DNA of 64,000 nt. It comes from a virus. Positions 34,539 to 43,856 of this stretch are shown here, in pieces (the first letter of the stretch is position 1; each line of letters begins with the position of its first letter). The position numbers were made by a program, and so were the translations under genes. The notes beneath the pieces were generated by a model, which saw only the letters and a program-made list of their open reading frames with translations, was not told where the DNA came from and made no database searches. The stretch spans positions 1 through 64,000 of the IMG/VR virus record IMGVR_UViG_3300045919_000305; one strand, given 5' to 3'.

Positions 34539-35660
34539 TTAAAATTTGTTAAACGCCGTTCCCCCGGCATCGTGCAACGCCACGTAGCGCTGTATTCCGT
34601 TATTATATACCATTGCTGTCGAACAGCTAGTCCCCATTGGTAAGGAAACTTTGGTTTCTGTCAAGGGGGTAAATGGAAAAGCGCTGCAAATTCCTCGGAC
34701 AGTGTGGATCAAGAGATAGTCATTGGGGAATTCGGTATCGGGCTTACCCTGTATTTTTACAATGGGTCTGCCGGGAACAACGCCGTAATTCGCCAATTTA
34801 ATAAGCCCTTCTTCGGTCGTATACGCATAGATTTCTTTTTGCGTCGCAATAATGATACCTTGTGGGACGGCTTTTAGGACTTCAACTCGTCCGGGAATAA
34901 TAAAATAATCGGTATCGTAGTTGAACAAATGGTAGTGAAACGGTTTACTAAACCAGACTACCGAATGTTCCCCTAAATCAGCGCTCGCCCAAAGTTTTGA
35001 TTCGAAAATCTCTATTTTATCGGCGTTATCCGGTAATGGCGCGGAATTAACCTGTGGAGGGGCTATCTGATTTCCGTATTTAACGTCATAAAAAACCTCA
35101 CCGCCCGCTTCGGTCGCATAAACGTTAGTGGTGTAGCCCGCCAATGCCGTAGGAGTAATCAAAAGTTCTCCCGGTGCCGTGAGCTCTACAGTTTCGACTA
35201 GAGAAGCTCCGCCTTCTAAGCCATCGGCATTCGAATATGTATAAATAACGTTGTAAAGCCCGGCAGGTTTTGTGCCTCCGGTTATCACGATATCCGGACT
35301 GCTGACCGGAGTTGGAATCCTGAGATGCGAAACCGTTTCCCCGAAAACAGATAAGCCGTCGTTCGTAAATAACGTTCTGGAAAAATCACAAAACTCCGTA
35401 GCCGTCGTGGATGCTATCGTAATTAGGGTCAGATCGATACCTACTCTATACAAAACGCCAGAAGAAACAATGTATGTTTCACCATCGAGGGTTGTATGCG
35501 AAGTCGTAATAGGTACGGATAGCGCCGATTGAAACCCTAAGCGCTGAACGAGACCGCCCCTATTATTAACATCGACGTTGATAGCGTCCTGCAGCGCAGA
35601 CTTTTCAATATCCCTTGGGGATACGGTATTTTGAATGCCCTTAAACGCTTTGACTATCAT
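34539..35660 (-). CDS. tail structural protein (373 aa)
   Basis: Position and beta-rich sequence; function not recognisable by eye. Confidence 0.5.
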   Translation of the reverse strand: MIVKAFKGIQNTVSPRDIEKSALQDAINVDVNNRGGLVQRLGFQSALSVPITTSHTTLDGETYIVSSGVLYRVGIDLTLITIASTTATEFCDFSRTLFTNDGLSVFGETVSHLRIPTPVSSPDIVITGGTKPAGLYNVIYTYSNADGLEGGASLVETVELTAPGELLITPTALAGYTTNVYATEAGGEVFYDVKYGNQIAPPQVNSAPLPDNADKIEIFESKLWASADLGEHSVVWFSKPFHYHLFNYDTDYFIIPGRVEVLKAVPQGIIIATQKEIYAYTTEEGLIKLANYGVVPGRPIVKIQGKPDTEFPNDYLLIHTVRGICSAFPFTPLTETKVSLPMGTSCSTAMVYNNGIQRYVALHDAGGTAFNKF

Positions 35661-35757
35661 CCAAATCCTCTTCTGACACTTCTTCCTCAGACATGCGTTC
35701 TTCAGACCACTGTAAAAAATCGTCGGGGTCTAAGGGGTCAAAACCATCAATGATCAT
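35641..35757 (-). CDS. small acidic protein (38 aa), tentative
   Basis: ATG overlaps the stop of the 35754 gene (ATGA) and its end overlaps the start of the 34539 gene; MIIDGFDPLDPDDFLQWSEERMSEEEVSEEDLDDSQSV. Confidence 0.35.
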   Translation of the reverse strand: MIIDGFDPLDPDDFLQWSEERMSEEEVSEEDLDDSQSV

Positions 35758-36257
35758 CGTTCGGCTACCTTAAACGCTAAAGTAACATCGTCGGCTTCGC
35801 CGTTACTTTTCACTATGTGGTTTGTTATCGAGAATGTTAATACCCCGACCGGAACCGCTGAGATAGTGACTTGCGTTGAAGTCGCTGTGAAAGACGTGCC
35901 TGTTAAAGTAACAGTATCTGTTGCGACCCATGTTGAAGACGTAACAGATTCTGTAGGCGGTATAAGATTATAAGCCACGGCTTCCCAAACGATACCGTTA
36001 TCCGTGACGGTAGCACCTACGGCTGTGGGCCAAACGGGTTCCGTAGCGCCGGACTTTCCGGGATTAGTTGCTTTGAAATAGAGTCCGGTAAATACCGTAG
36101 GCACTACGATATCGTAATCGTCAGTAGCGCGAGAGTAGTAAACTGTCGCCGCGATCCAAGTATTAGGGCGATAGATAATACCCATCGTTCGGATACTATC
36201 CTTATCGTGGTAGCCCGGAATTTTGAAAGGCCCTTTGGCGGTAGCAGAGTATATCAA
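35754..36257 (-). CDS. structural protein with GxSGxxEPxWP motif domain
   Basis: LYFKATNPGKSGATEPVWPTAVGATVTDNGIVWEAV; same motif as the 42355 and 42744 genes. Confidence 0.55.
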   Translation of the reverse strand: MIYSATAKGPFKIPGYHDKDSIRTMGIIYRPNTWIAATVYYSRATDDYDIVVPTVFTGLYFKATNPGKSGATEPVWPTAVGATVTDNGIVWEAVAYNLIPPTESVTSSTWVATDTVTLTGTSFTATSTQVTISAVPVGVLTFSITNHIVKSNGEADDVTLAFKVAER

Positions 36258-36266
36258 AGGTATCTC

Positions 36267-38699
36267 CTACGAAATTATCAGGTTGTTCTTCTTTTCAATT
36301 ATAACAGAAGAACTCAGTTTCTGATAGATTACTGTTTTTGCTTTACTTTCACAAATAATTTTATTCGTTTTCGCTTCAATAATAACCCATTCCACAGATT
36401 CCGTCCCGCTGGGGATAATCAACGTACCCGCGAATAGTGTAACGGTTCGTCCTTGAAGCGGTACAGAGAGTGCAGTTACTGTTGTTCCGGCAGAACCCGT
36501 GCTTTGTAAACCCGCCAATAACGGAGCTATTGCCGCCTTAATCGCGCCGATATTTAGCGCCGATGTTGATCCACTTAGGCTATTGCTAATTGCAGACTGA
36601 ATTACGCCTTGTACTGTTGCAAGGGCTGTTCCAGTTAAGGCCCGTGTTACGTCAGGGGAAGCATAGGAAACAGAACCTTGCCCAGACGTAATAACTGAAC
36701 CTGATAGGATACCAGTTAGGCTTGATTTCAGCGCACCGCTGAAGCTCGTTACTAATGAGCCAGTTAAAGCCTGCGAGATAGCCGATTGTAGCGTTCCTGC
36801 AGCACTGGTCGAAGCGATTCCTGTTAACGTTTGCGTCGATGAGGACGACATCGTTAATGTACCCGCAGAACCCGTCATTGAGGAACCGGTTAACTGAATG
36901 ACCGTTCCTGAAGTCGCGGTTACTGTTCCTGCTTGTGCGGCGGATGAGGCACCTAATAAGAAAGCTGTAGAATTCGCGAGTACTGTTCCGGAAGCCGTTG
37001 TTATCGCGATTCCAGCTAAGGTGCTGGATAGCGATGGCGCTACCGAACCTATTTGACCCGTCGATGCGCTTCCGGTTAAGGATACCGTCGAATTCGGGGT
37101 TAGTGTTCCCGCTTGAGTAGCAGAACCGGATCCGATTAAGCCGTAAGTAATGGCCGGTTTTAACGTTCCCGCTGAACTGGTGGTCGAAACTCCGGTTAAT
37201 GCAAAGGTTTGGTCAGATCCTGCGGATACTGAACCAGCGGCTGAGTTTACTGCAGAACCAGTTAAAGCGTCACTTATGTTGGCTACTACCGTTCCGGCAG
37301 CACTCGTAACCGCTGAACCCGTTAATGCAACCGTCTGATCACTACTCGTCGTTACCGTTCCAGCAGAACCGGTAATCGCTGTGCCGGAAAGCGTATCGTT
37401 TATATTGGGTACGACAGTTCCTGCTGATCCTGTAGAACTTGAACCCGTTAACGAAACTGATGAGGCCCTGGAAACAGTTCCCGCAGCCGAAGTTATCGCG
37501 GATCCGGATAAAGCGTCGCTTATGTTCGCGATGAGAGTTCCAGCAGATCCTGTAGAGCTTACGCCTGTTAACGCGAATGTCTGGTTCGCACCCGCTGATA
37601 CCGTGCCCGCGGCAGAAGTTATCGCTGAACCGGTTGTTGGCGGCGTTACATTGGCGATTACCCCTACATTCGCAGAGAAATTAAATATCGTGTTCGTGGA
37701 GAACGCGTTTAGTACACTAAAGTCGGTACTAACGGAAAACGGCGGCGTAACCGAAGTGCTAACCGCTGCGGCTGACCCTGTTAATCCTGTGGAAGTATTA
37801 GCTGTTACTGAACCTGCGGAGCCGGTAGTAGCAGAGCCTGTTAAAGCGTCTGAAATAGCTGGAGTTAGCGTTCCTGCTGAAAGAGCCGAGCTTGAGCCTG
37901 TTAGCGCCAGAGATATATCGCTACTCGTCGTTACTGAGCCTTGTCCTGATGTTACCGCTGTACCCGAAAGCGTATCGTTTATATTGGATACGACGGTACC
38001 CGCAGATCCAGTAGAAGCAGATCCAGTTAAAGCGCTAGAAATAGCCGAAGATATTATTCCGGCGGATCCAGTGGAAGCGGATCCTGTTAACGCGTCACTT
38101 ATGTTCGAGACTATCGTTCCAGCGGAAAGCGTTGAAGCTGAGCCTGTCAGAGCTACCGTTGTATCGTTACTTGTCGTTACCGTACCCGCTGCGGCACTTA
38201 TAGCGGATCCCGTTAACGCGTCACTTATGTTCGCGACTACTGTTCCAGCCGCTCCAGTAGAAGCAGAACCCGTTAGGGCATCACTTATGTTCGAGACTAT
38301 CGTTCCAGCCGCTCCAGTAGAAGCGGATCCAGTTAAAGCGTCACTTATATTCGCGGTAAGCGTTCCCGCTGAAAGCGTGGAACTCGCGCCAGTTAAAGAT
38401 AAGGTAACGTCACCTCCGCCACCGGGCGCCGTAACAGTACCCGCAGCAAAAGCTGTGGCTAAGCCGACTAATGGCGGTGTTACATTAGCGATAATCCCGA
38501 TGTTAGGGGCGAAATTAAATATCGTATCCGTCGAGTACGAATTCGGGACGGTGAAATCGGTACTGACAGAGAATGGGGTAAGCGTAGACGTGCTTACAGT
38601 AGCAGAAACGCCGGTTAGAGATTTTGTTACATCACCGGCTACTGGAGCCGACGATATCGCGCTTATCGGCGCTTCTGATATCGAATTTAGCCCCAGCAT
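36267..38699 (-). CDS. highly repetitive fibre-like protein (810 aa)
   Basis: About 30 copies of an about 20-aa unit (xALTGSASTGSAGTVVSNISD) arranged in two super-repeats, each led by FSVSTDF...NFxxNxGxIANVTPP. Confidence 0.65.
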   Translation of the reverse strand: MLGLNSISEAPISAISSAPVAGDVTKSLTGVSATVSTSTLTPFSVSTDFTVPNSYSTDTIFNFAPNIGIIANVTPPLVGLATAFAAGTVTAPGGGGDVTLSLTGASSTLSAGTLTANISDALTGSASTGAAGTIVSNISDALTGSASTGAAGTVVANISDALTGSAISAAAGTVTTSNDTTVALTGSASTLSAGTIVSNISDALTGSASTGSAGIISSAISSALTGSASTGSAGTVVSNINDTLSGTAVTSGQGSVTTSSDISLALTGSSSALSAGTLTPAISDALTGSATTGSAGSVTANTSTGLTGSAAAVSTSVTPPFSVSTDFSVLNAFSTNTIFNFSANVGVIANVTPPTTGSAITSAAGTVSAGANQTFALTGVSSTGSAGTLIANISDALSGSAITSAAGTVSRASSVSLTGSSSTGSAGTVVPNINDTLSGTAITGSAGTVTTSSDQTVALTGSAVTSAAGTVVANISDALTGSAVNSAAGSVSAGSDQTFALTGVSTTSSAGTLKPAITYGLIGSGSATQAGTLTPNSTVSLTGSASTGQIGSVAPSLSSTLAGIAITTASGTVLANSTAFLLGASSAAQAGTVTATSGTVIQLTGSSMTGSAGTLTMSSSSTQTLTGIASTSAAGTLQSAISQALTGSLVTSFSGALKSSLTGILSGSVITSGQGSVSYASPDVTRALTGTALATVQGVIQSAISNSLSGSTSALNIGAIKAAIAPLLAGLQSTGSAGTTVTALSVPLQGRTVTLFAGTLIIPSGTESVEWVIIEAKTNKIICESKAKTVIYQKLSSSVIIEKKNNLIIS

Positions 38700-38737
38700 G
38701 GCTTTACCTTACGCTTTAATAAACGTGATAGTGTAGT

Positions 38738-39556
38738 TTAACGAACCCGACGCGCGAATATAGTACCGAAAGCGCTCAGAGTGCTTACAGTGAAAGTCGC
38801 ATTACATACTAAAAACACCGCCGCTGTCGAAGCTTGGTTAACTCTAATCATTGGTACGGGAAACGATATCGGACTTGCCGAGCCCGGAACCGTGGCGGGT
38901 TCTACGACTTGGCCTAGCGTACCCGCAGTACCCAATGTACCCGTTGTAGATGATAATCCAAAGTTTAGAAGCGTAATGCTGGTGGTTGCTGCGGGCAAAT
39001 AGCTTATATTCGCCCAGACGTCCCAATCACCCGCTGTTAAAGATAATCCTGCGGTTATCACGTTTACAGAAGTTGCTGTGGTTAAAGTTGTACCGGGGGT
39101 TGCAATGGTAGCAGTTAAATATTCACCAATGGCCCCAGCGTTAGCATTATTCACCGCTGTGGTTCCAACAATTCCGGCGGTCTGGTTTATTGTCATTGCC
39201 CCTGTATTTACGTTCTGGGTAAAGCTCAACGTAAATACAGGAAGAATCCCCCTGTTAGCCGTAGGAGCTCCGAAATACCGCAGCGTGTCATCTTCACACC
39301 AACAAATTAACGAGCAAGCTCCTGGGTCATCCCTACCCATAAAAGCGCCTTGCTCAGTGATTGCCACATTATGTGACCAATATTTCATAACAAGCTGGTT
39401 CCCAGCGAGTATGAATATTGGGCTGTTTTTATTGACTGCTGAACAAGAACCCTCCCTAAAATAAGATGTATCCTGGCTTAAGACTTCCTGATCACCATCC
39501 AATAACCGGGTTAGTATCCGGCGATCACCGACGACTGGGGAGTTGAATAAGTCCAT
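38738..39556 (-). CDS. tail/fibre-associated protein (272 aa)
   Basis: ORF in the late operon; Thr/Ala-rich C-terminal half. Confidence 0.5.
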   Translation of the reverse strand: MDLFNSPVVGDRRILTRLLDGDQEVLSQDTSYFREGSCSAVNKNSPIFILAGNQLVMKYWSHNVAITEQGAFMGRDDPGACSLICWCEDDTLRYFGAPTANRGILPVFTLSFTQNVNTGAMTINQTAGIVGTTAVNNANAGAIGEYLTATIATPGTTLTTATSVNVITAGLSLTAGDWDVWANISYLPAATTSITLLNFGLSSTTGTLGTAGTLGQVVEPATVPGSASPISFPVPMIRVNQASTAAVFLVCNATFTVSTLSAFGTIFARRVR

Positions 39557-40002
39557 TATAGAAGCGCCCCAACAGCTACGACATCAAGGGCCGTGGTCGC
39601 GGCAGTAGTCGTAATAGAAGTCGAAATATACATTGACCATGCTGCCGGTAGGACTAAACCCGTATAGGTTTGGAAAATCTGAAAACTAGCTACCGTAGTG
39701 CTGGGTGTCACCGCAGTAATTAACAGCTCATCGAAGGGCCACCCTGTCGTTCCATCGCTTAGCCATACCGTAACTGTCTGGGCTACCGTTGCGGCTACAA
39801 AAGACGATGACGAGCCTTTCACGTAAATACGATCAATCCTCACCCCGTTTGTTGTGGTTGGTACGAGCTGGAAAATACTCGCACCCGCTAAGGAAGCAAC
39901 TGCCGTGGGCGCGCGTGTTGTGCAGGCGGTAACAGCAGCTAACGATGCAGCGACCGCATAGGGCGCCTGTGGGGTGATTACTGAATTGGGTGTTACGGCC
40001 AT
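39556..40002 (-). CDS. small Thr/Ala-rich structural protein
   Basis: Coupled ORF. Confidence 0.5.
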   Translation of the reverse strand: MAVTPNSVITPQAPYAVAASLAAVTACTTRAPTAVASLAGASIFQLVPTTTNGVRIDRIYVKGSSSSFVAATVAQTVTVWLSDGTTGWPFDELLITAVTPSTTVASFQIFQTYTGLVLPAAWSMYISTSITTTAATTALDVVAVGALL

Positions 40003-40200
40003 TTAGATGCCTCCGAAGGCTGCTTGAATGTTGGTTATAGCTTGAGCGGCTAGATAAGCCGATGATCCAGAATCGTAAATTATTTTTTCTGTGCCTGTTG
40101 AATCGACGCGGGCAATAGCTCCCGCTTTAGGGTAAAGCTTTTGCTGCCCCGAAGATTGCACACCAGGATTTGTTTGTTCAACTAATGTGAGAGTGCTCAT
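40003..40200 (-). CDS. hypothetical protein (65 aa)
   Basis: Coupled ORF. Confidence 0.45.
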   Translation of the reverse strand: MSTLTLVEQTNPGVQSSGQQKLYPKAGAIARVDSTGTEKIIYDSGSSAYLAAQAITNIQAAFGGI

Positions 40201-40628
40201 AATACGGCGATATCCCCTAATGCGGTTATGGTGCCTAATATAGTTAAATTCGTCGATGAAATCAATTTTCTATTTGCTAATACTACCACCGCATCCAATG
40301 TCCCAACTACGGAGGAAACAGTAGTGAAGTCAACTTCGTCTGCTGGGATCGTACAAAATACGGTTGCTGATGCGCCAGTTAACGAGATTAAGGCATTTGA
40401 GTTAGTCGATGTCAGTACATAATCTCTGGAGAGCGTAGAGGGCGCACCGATTGTTAATGTTCCGTATCCGACTTCCCAAGCAACTCCATTGAGTACGCAA
40501 TATCCGACCTGAGTTCCCGTAGGGAAACTCGTATCGTATGATGCGAATCCAGAAACTGCACCGGCTAAGGATATCGTTCCTGTGCCAGCAGTAGTAGTGG
40601 TTTCCTGGACTCGATCATTGAAGTTCAT
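40197..40628 (-). CDS. small Thr/Gly-rich structural protein
   Basis: Coupled ORF. Confidence 0.5.
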   Translation of the reverse strand: MNFNDRVQETTTTAGTGTISLAGAVSGFASYDTSFPTGTQVGYCVLNGVAWEVGYGTLTIGAPSTLSRDYVLTSTNSNALISLTGASATVFCTIPADEVDFTTVSSVVGTLDAVVVLANRKLISSTNLTILGTITALGDIAVL

Positions 40629-41585
40629 TTATGCCTTTTGGTTACTCAGGTAGCCTTTAGTCGTAAAAGCTATCTCTACGGGGACACCTTTATTTAATCG
40701 GTTCCCTAATGTTTTCCTGCCGATCCCTAATTCTTTTTCCCATGCTGATAAAGGAAGTGTCTTTCCTTGGAAAGTATACCTTACTTCTGGCACTAAGCTA
40801 TCAGCAGTTGAAAAAGCTTTTTCAATTGGCATCCCGCCGTATAACCTTTTTATTAAAGTAGGTCTTTTAATCCCTAACTCATCAGCCCAAGCCTGTACCG
40901 ATTGCGTCTTCCCCTTATACTCGTATAGCCCTTTGACGATAGCGGCTCGCTTCTCGGAATCCACCGGTTTATTCCTCGGTTTTGGATTCTCAATAACTCG
41001 TGGTGCGTAACTCAAATACTTATCCGTATTAAAGGCGATTTCTATCGGCACGCCCCGCTGTAATCTTTTCAGTAATGTGACACGGCCTATCCCTAGTTCT
41101 TCGCTCCAATCGGTGAGTGTTTGTGCCTTCCCTTTGTACTCATGCCTAACGTTATTCCGTTTGTTAAGGTTTTGCTCTTTCATAGTCGCCCATCGGCAGT
41201 TCTCTTTGTAATAGCCTAGATCGTTGTTTATGCGATCTATCGTTCCTCGGTCTGGACAAACACCCATATCTTCCAGGAAGTTTACGAAGAATTCCCAGCG
41301 TTCACAGTAATTAATTCCCCGCCCTATATAGTTTTTTGAATTTGATCTACTAGGGTTATTACACCGGGTCTTCATGTTAACCCAAGCTGAATACGTCCTT
41401 GTGGGAACACCTTCCGGTTTATGCCCGTGCTTTAAGTTTCTATCACCTATCGCCCTGCGCCGTAAGCACCCACAGGATTTGGTGTGCCCTACAGTTACGT
41501 TACTACGGTACAGTTCTACTTCGGCGCCACAATCGCATTTGTAAACAGCTTTTATCGTGTCAATATCTCGTATCTTAATTAACAT
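40629..41585 (-). CDS. HNH-family homing-endonuclease-like protein with three HTH repeats
   Basis: CDCG...CGC zinc knuckle, TYSAWVNMKTRCNNP...YIGRGINYCERW, IDRINNDLGYYKENCRWATMKEQNLNKR. Then three copies of KGKxQTLxxWxxELGIxRxTLxKRLxxGxPxExAF. Confidence 0.65.
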   Translation of the reverse strand: MLIKIRDIDTIKAVYKCDCGAEVELYRSNVTVGHTKSCGCLRRRAIGDRNLKHGHKPEGVPTRTYSAWVNMKTRCNNPSRSNSKNYIGRGINYCERWEFFVNFLEDMGVCPDRGTIDRINNDLGYYKENCRWATMKEQNLNKRNNVRHEYKGKAQTLTDWSEELGIGRVTLLKRLQRGVPIEIAFNTDKYLSYAPRVIENPKPRNKPVDSEKRAAIVKGLYEYKGKTQSVQAWADELGIKRPTLIKRLYGGMPIEKAFSTADSLVPEVRYTFQGKTLPLSAWEKELGIGRKTLGNRLNKGVPVEIAFTTKGYLSNQKA

Positions 41586-41588
41586 ATT

Positions 41589-41619
41589 AAGTCTCCAGTT
41601 CTTTCAGTTAAGGAGACTT
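41589..41619 (-). promoter_or_regulatory. 8-bp hairpin sequestering the endonuclease Shine-Dalgarno
   Basis: Minus strand AAGTCTCC-N15-GGAGACTT-AAT-ATG; the GGAG of the 3' arm is the only SD. Confidence 0.55.
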
Positions 41620-41648
41620 ATTATGCCACATACATTACTGCTAGTCAA
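41620..41648 (-). promoter_or_regulatory. sigma70-type promoter for the endonuclease gene
   Basis: Minus strand TTGACT (41648-41643), 17-nt spacer, CATAAT (41625-41620), directly abutting the hairpin 5' arm. Confidence 0.55.
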
Positions 41649-41657
41649 TAAGAAAAT

Positions 41658-42116
41658 TCACGCTAAACGAATCAGCGCGTTTGTCGAATCATTCGTTGGT
41701 TGAGATAATGTAAAGTTGCCCGCCGTTATTGTAGTCGCACCGAATGTAAAAACAGCGACTGCGTTCTTACCCGCAGACGTATCGTTGTAGATCGTCAAGC
41801 AGTCGAAAGAAGTCGATAACGTTACGGTCGTCCAGACCAGTGACGCACTCGGCGTCCAGAAAGCGGTAGTACCTGTAGATGTCGGCGCAGTCGCATTCGT
41901 AACGGCTGTACCGGTCGCTGTATAACCGGTACCAGAAACCTCATTCGTCGCTGAGTACGCTGTGGTAGCCGCGCCCTGGGATCCGGACGCTAAATACAAT
42001 GCGCCTTTAAAAGAATCTTTGGTAGTCGCACCGCGTACGACAGAAGTGCCAAAGGCGTGAAGACCGTTTAAAAGGTCTACTTTGAATGAAGTACAAATAC
42101 TCTGGACGTTTGCCAT
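41658..42116 (-). CDS. small Thr/Ala/Gly-rich structural protein
   Basis: ORF in the late operon. Confidence 0.5.
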   Translation of the reverse strand: MANVQSICTSFKVDLLNGLHAFGTSVVRGATTKDSFKGALYLASGSQGAATTAYSATNEVSGTGYTATGTAVTNATAPTSTGTTAFWTPSASLVWTTVTLSTSFDCLTIYNDTSAGKNAVAVFTFGATTITAGNFTLSQPTNDSTNALIRLA

Positions 42117-42140
42117 CTCATTGATTCCTATACATATTTT

Positions 42141-42353
42141 TTAAAATGAAGCCTGCTCACTGAACAGATCTAACGGTTTTTTGTTGTAAACGTGCGTGCT
42201 GGATTTAACCAACTCATCATCCAAATGGTAATTCTCAGTAAAAGACATAAAATCCTCGTGGTCTATCCAGCCGGATTCATACCGCAAATCGCTTATCGGT
42301 AGGTTTCCTTTGCTTGTCCAGATTAAAGGTACTTCTTGTTCTGCTTGAGCCAT
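42141..42353 (-). CDS. hypothetical protein (70 aa)
   Basis: ORF in the late operon. Confidence 0.45.
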   Translation of the reverse strand: MAQAEQEVPLIWTSKGNLPISDLRYESGWIDHEDFMSFTENYHLDDELVKSSTHVYNKKPLDLFSEQASF

Positions 42354-42354
42354 G

Positions 42355-42744
42355 CTAAATCACCATTATCTTCGTTATCGGGTTTACCAGTCGGTCAACA
42401 AACGTCCACACGACGGAATTATCTGCTATTGTACCAGAAGATATCCAAAAAGGTTCAACAGTATTTGTGGTGCCCGCTGTAGTACAAACATAAAGGTATC
42501 CAGCAGACGCGATATCTGTCGGAACGACAAAATCCCCTACTACCGCTACTTTCCCTGCAGACCAGACATAATCTATCTTTGGGGTAATCGAGACTAAAGC
42601 GGCGCCTGTTTGTGTTGTCGTCAAGGAATACGTTGTTCCTGTCGAAGTCGTTGTTCCCGCGCTGGAATTATCGGAACACATCGCCGCAGATACCCGCCAA
42701 GTTGTGATGCCTGAAGTTTCAGAAATGTTACCGGATATCGCCAT
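42355..42744 (-). CDS. stand-alone copy of the GxxGxxEPxW receptor-type domain
   Basis: Colinear with the last about 115 aa of the 42744 gene (TWxxxAxxCxDNxxAG...GDFVxPT...YxCTTAGTT...P.W.SSGTxxDxSVVWTxV). Confidence 0.55.
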   Translation of the reverse strand: MAISGNISETSGITTWRVSAAMCSDNSSAGTTTSTGTTYSLTTTQTGAALVSITPKIDYVWSAGKVAVVGDFVVPTDIASAGYLYVCTTAGTTNTVEPFWISSGTIADNSVVWTFVDRLVNPITKIMVI

Positions 42745-43856
42745 CAGAACACCACTAATTTAGAAATCGGATCGACAAGGGGTGCTACATAGGTCCAAAC
42801 CACGGATCCATCTGTTACCGTACCGGAAGACGGCCACGTTGGTTGCGCGCCGCCCGTTGTACCGGCAGTCGTGCAGGTGTACAAATTCGGAGTAGCCGTT
42901 AAATTAGTCGGGATTACAAAATCGCCTATAGTGGCGGCACGCGTTGCTGTCCATGAATAGTTTATTTTCGGCGCACAAGTAACAATGGCAGGACCCTTTA
43001 CAGATTCGGGTAAGGTGAAAGTAGCCCCTGTCGTTGAGGTAACTCCAGCATTAACGTTATCATTACAGCGCGATGCGGTTATCGCCCACGTAGTAACAGG
43101 TAGTGACTCCACTAAAGAACCAAAATAGTAGGCTAGGTTTACTGCAGCCGTAATTGAGATTGTTCGCCTCGGTGTGGCTAGTTGAAACGGATTGGCTAAT
43201 AATAGCTTAACCTCAGTATCGGATAACGCCCTGTTCCACGCCGCCGCCCAAAATATCGAACCGTTTAGCCCTTGAGCGCCCCCTTTGAACTCACCCATTC
43301 TAAGGAATAAGTTACTGCTGTTATTGGCCCCCGACTGTGCCGCTGTGGTTGATTTACCGGGTGTATCGATAGCCAGCACGCCAGCTTTTGATATGCGCCC
43401 GACTATTGGCTTTATGGTATCGTTGGAGGTAGAAGTAAGTGTGCAAGTAGTTGCTGTGCCACCGACAAAACCGATAAGGTCTATCCCGTTGGTGGTATTA
43501 AACCTAAACTGAAAACAACGATTGCCGCCCCCTAAAGCTGCGCCGCTAAAGTTATCGTCATCCCACACGTTTTGAAAAGCGGATACTGAACCCCTTGCAA
43601 CCACTAATAGGGTTAATTCCGATGTTGGTGTTATGCCGTAATCGGTATTAATCCCTGACGTTCCATTATTGGAAATACCCTTATAGTATTCAGTGGCATT
43701 TGTAAAATTGCCGATTTTTACTCCCGGTATCCCATTGACTAGATTAGTCTGAGTAATGCCGTCAAATAAGATCTGCAGCCCGCGGGTTAATGGGCTTGCC
43801 CAATCAACCCGCGTTAAAAATTGGGGTTGCGACCTTAACGGTGAGGTAGATGACAC
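42744..43856 (-). CDS. LamG-like domain tail fibre/spike protein
   Basis: GSIFWAAAWNRALSDTEVKLLLANPFQL LamG frame plus the C-terminal domain shared with the 42355 gene. Confidence 0.55.
   Translation of the reverse strand: MSSTSPLRSQPQFLTRVDWASPLTRGLQILFDGITQTNLVNGIPGVKIGNFTNATEYYKGISNNGTSGINTDYGITPTSELTLLVVARGSVSAFQNVWDDDNFSGAALGGGNRCFQFRFNTTNGIDLIGFVGGTATTCTLTSTSNDTIKPIVGRISKAGVLAIDTPGKSTTAAQSGANNSSNLFLRMGEFKGGAQGLNGSIFWAAAWNRALSDTEVKLLLANPFQLATPRRTISITAAVNLAYYFGSLVESLPVTTWAITASRCNDNVNAGVTSTTGATFTLPESVKGPAIVTCAPKINYSWTATRAATIGDFVIPTNLTATPNLYTCTTAGTTGGAQPTWPSSGTVTDGSVVWTYVAPLVDPISKLVVF

Noticed and set aside
37381-38736. 451-aa ORF on the + strand (and 37150-37338) opposite the repetitive fibre gene
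   Set aside because: It is the mirror image of the Thr/Gly/Ser/Ala repeat array and gives an equally repetitive Pro/Val/Glu/Ala product. It has no RBS and runs against the operon, so it is an antisense artefact of codon-biased repeats.
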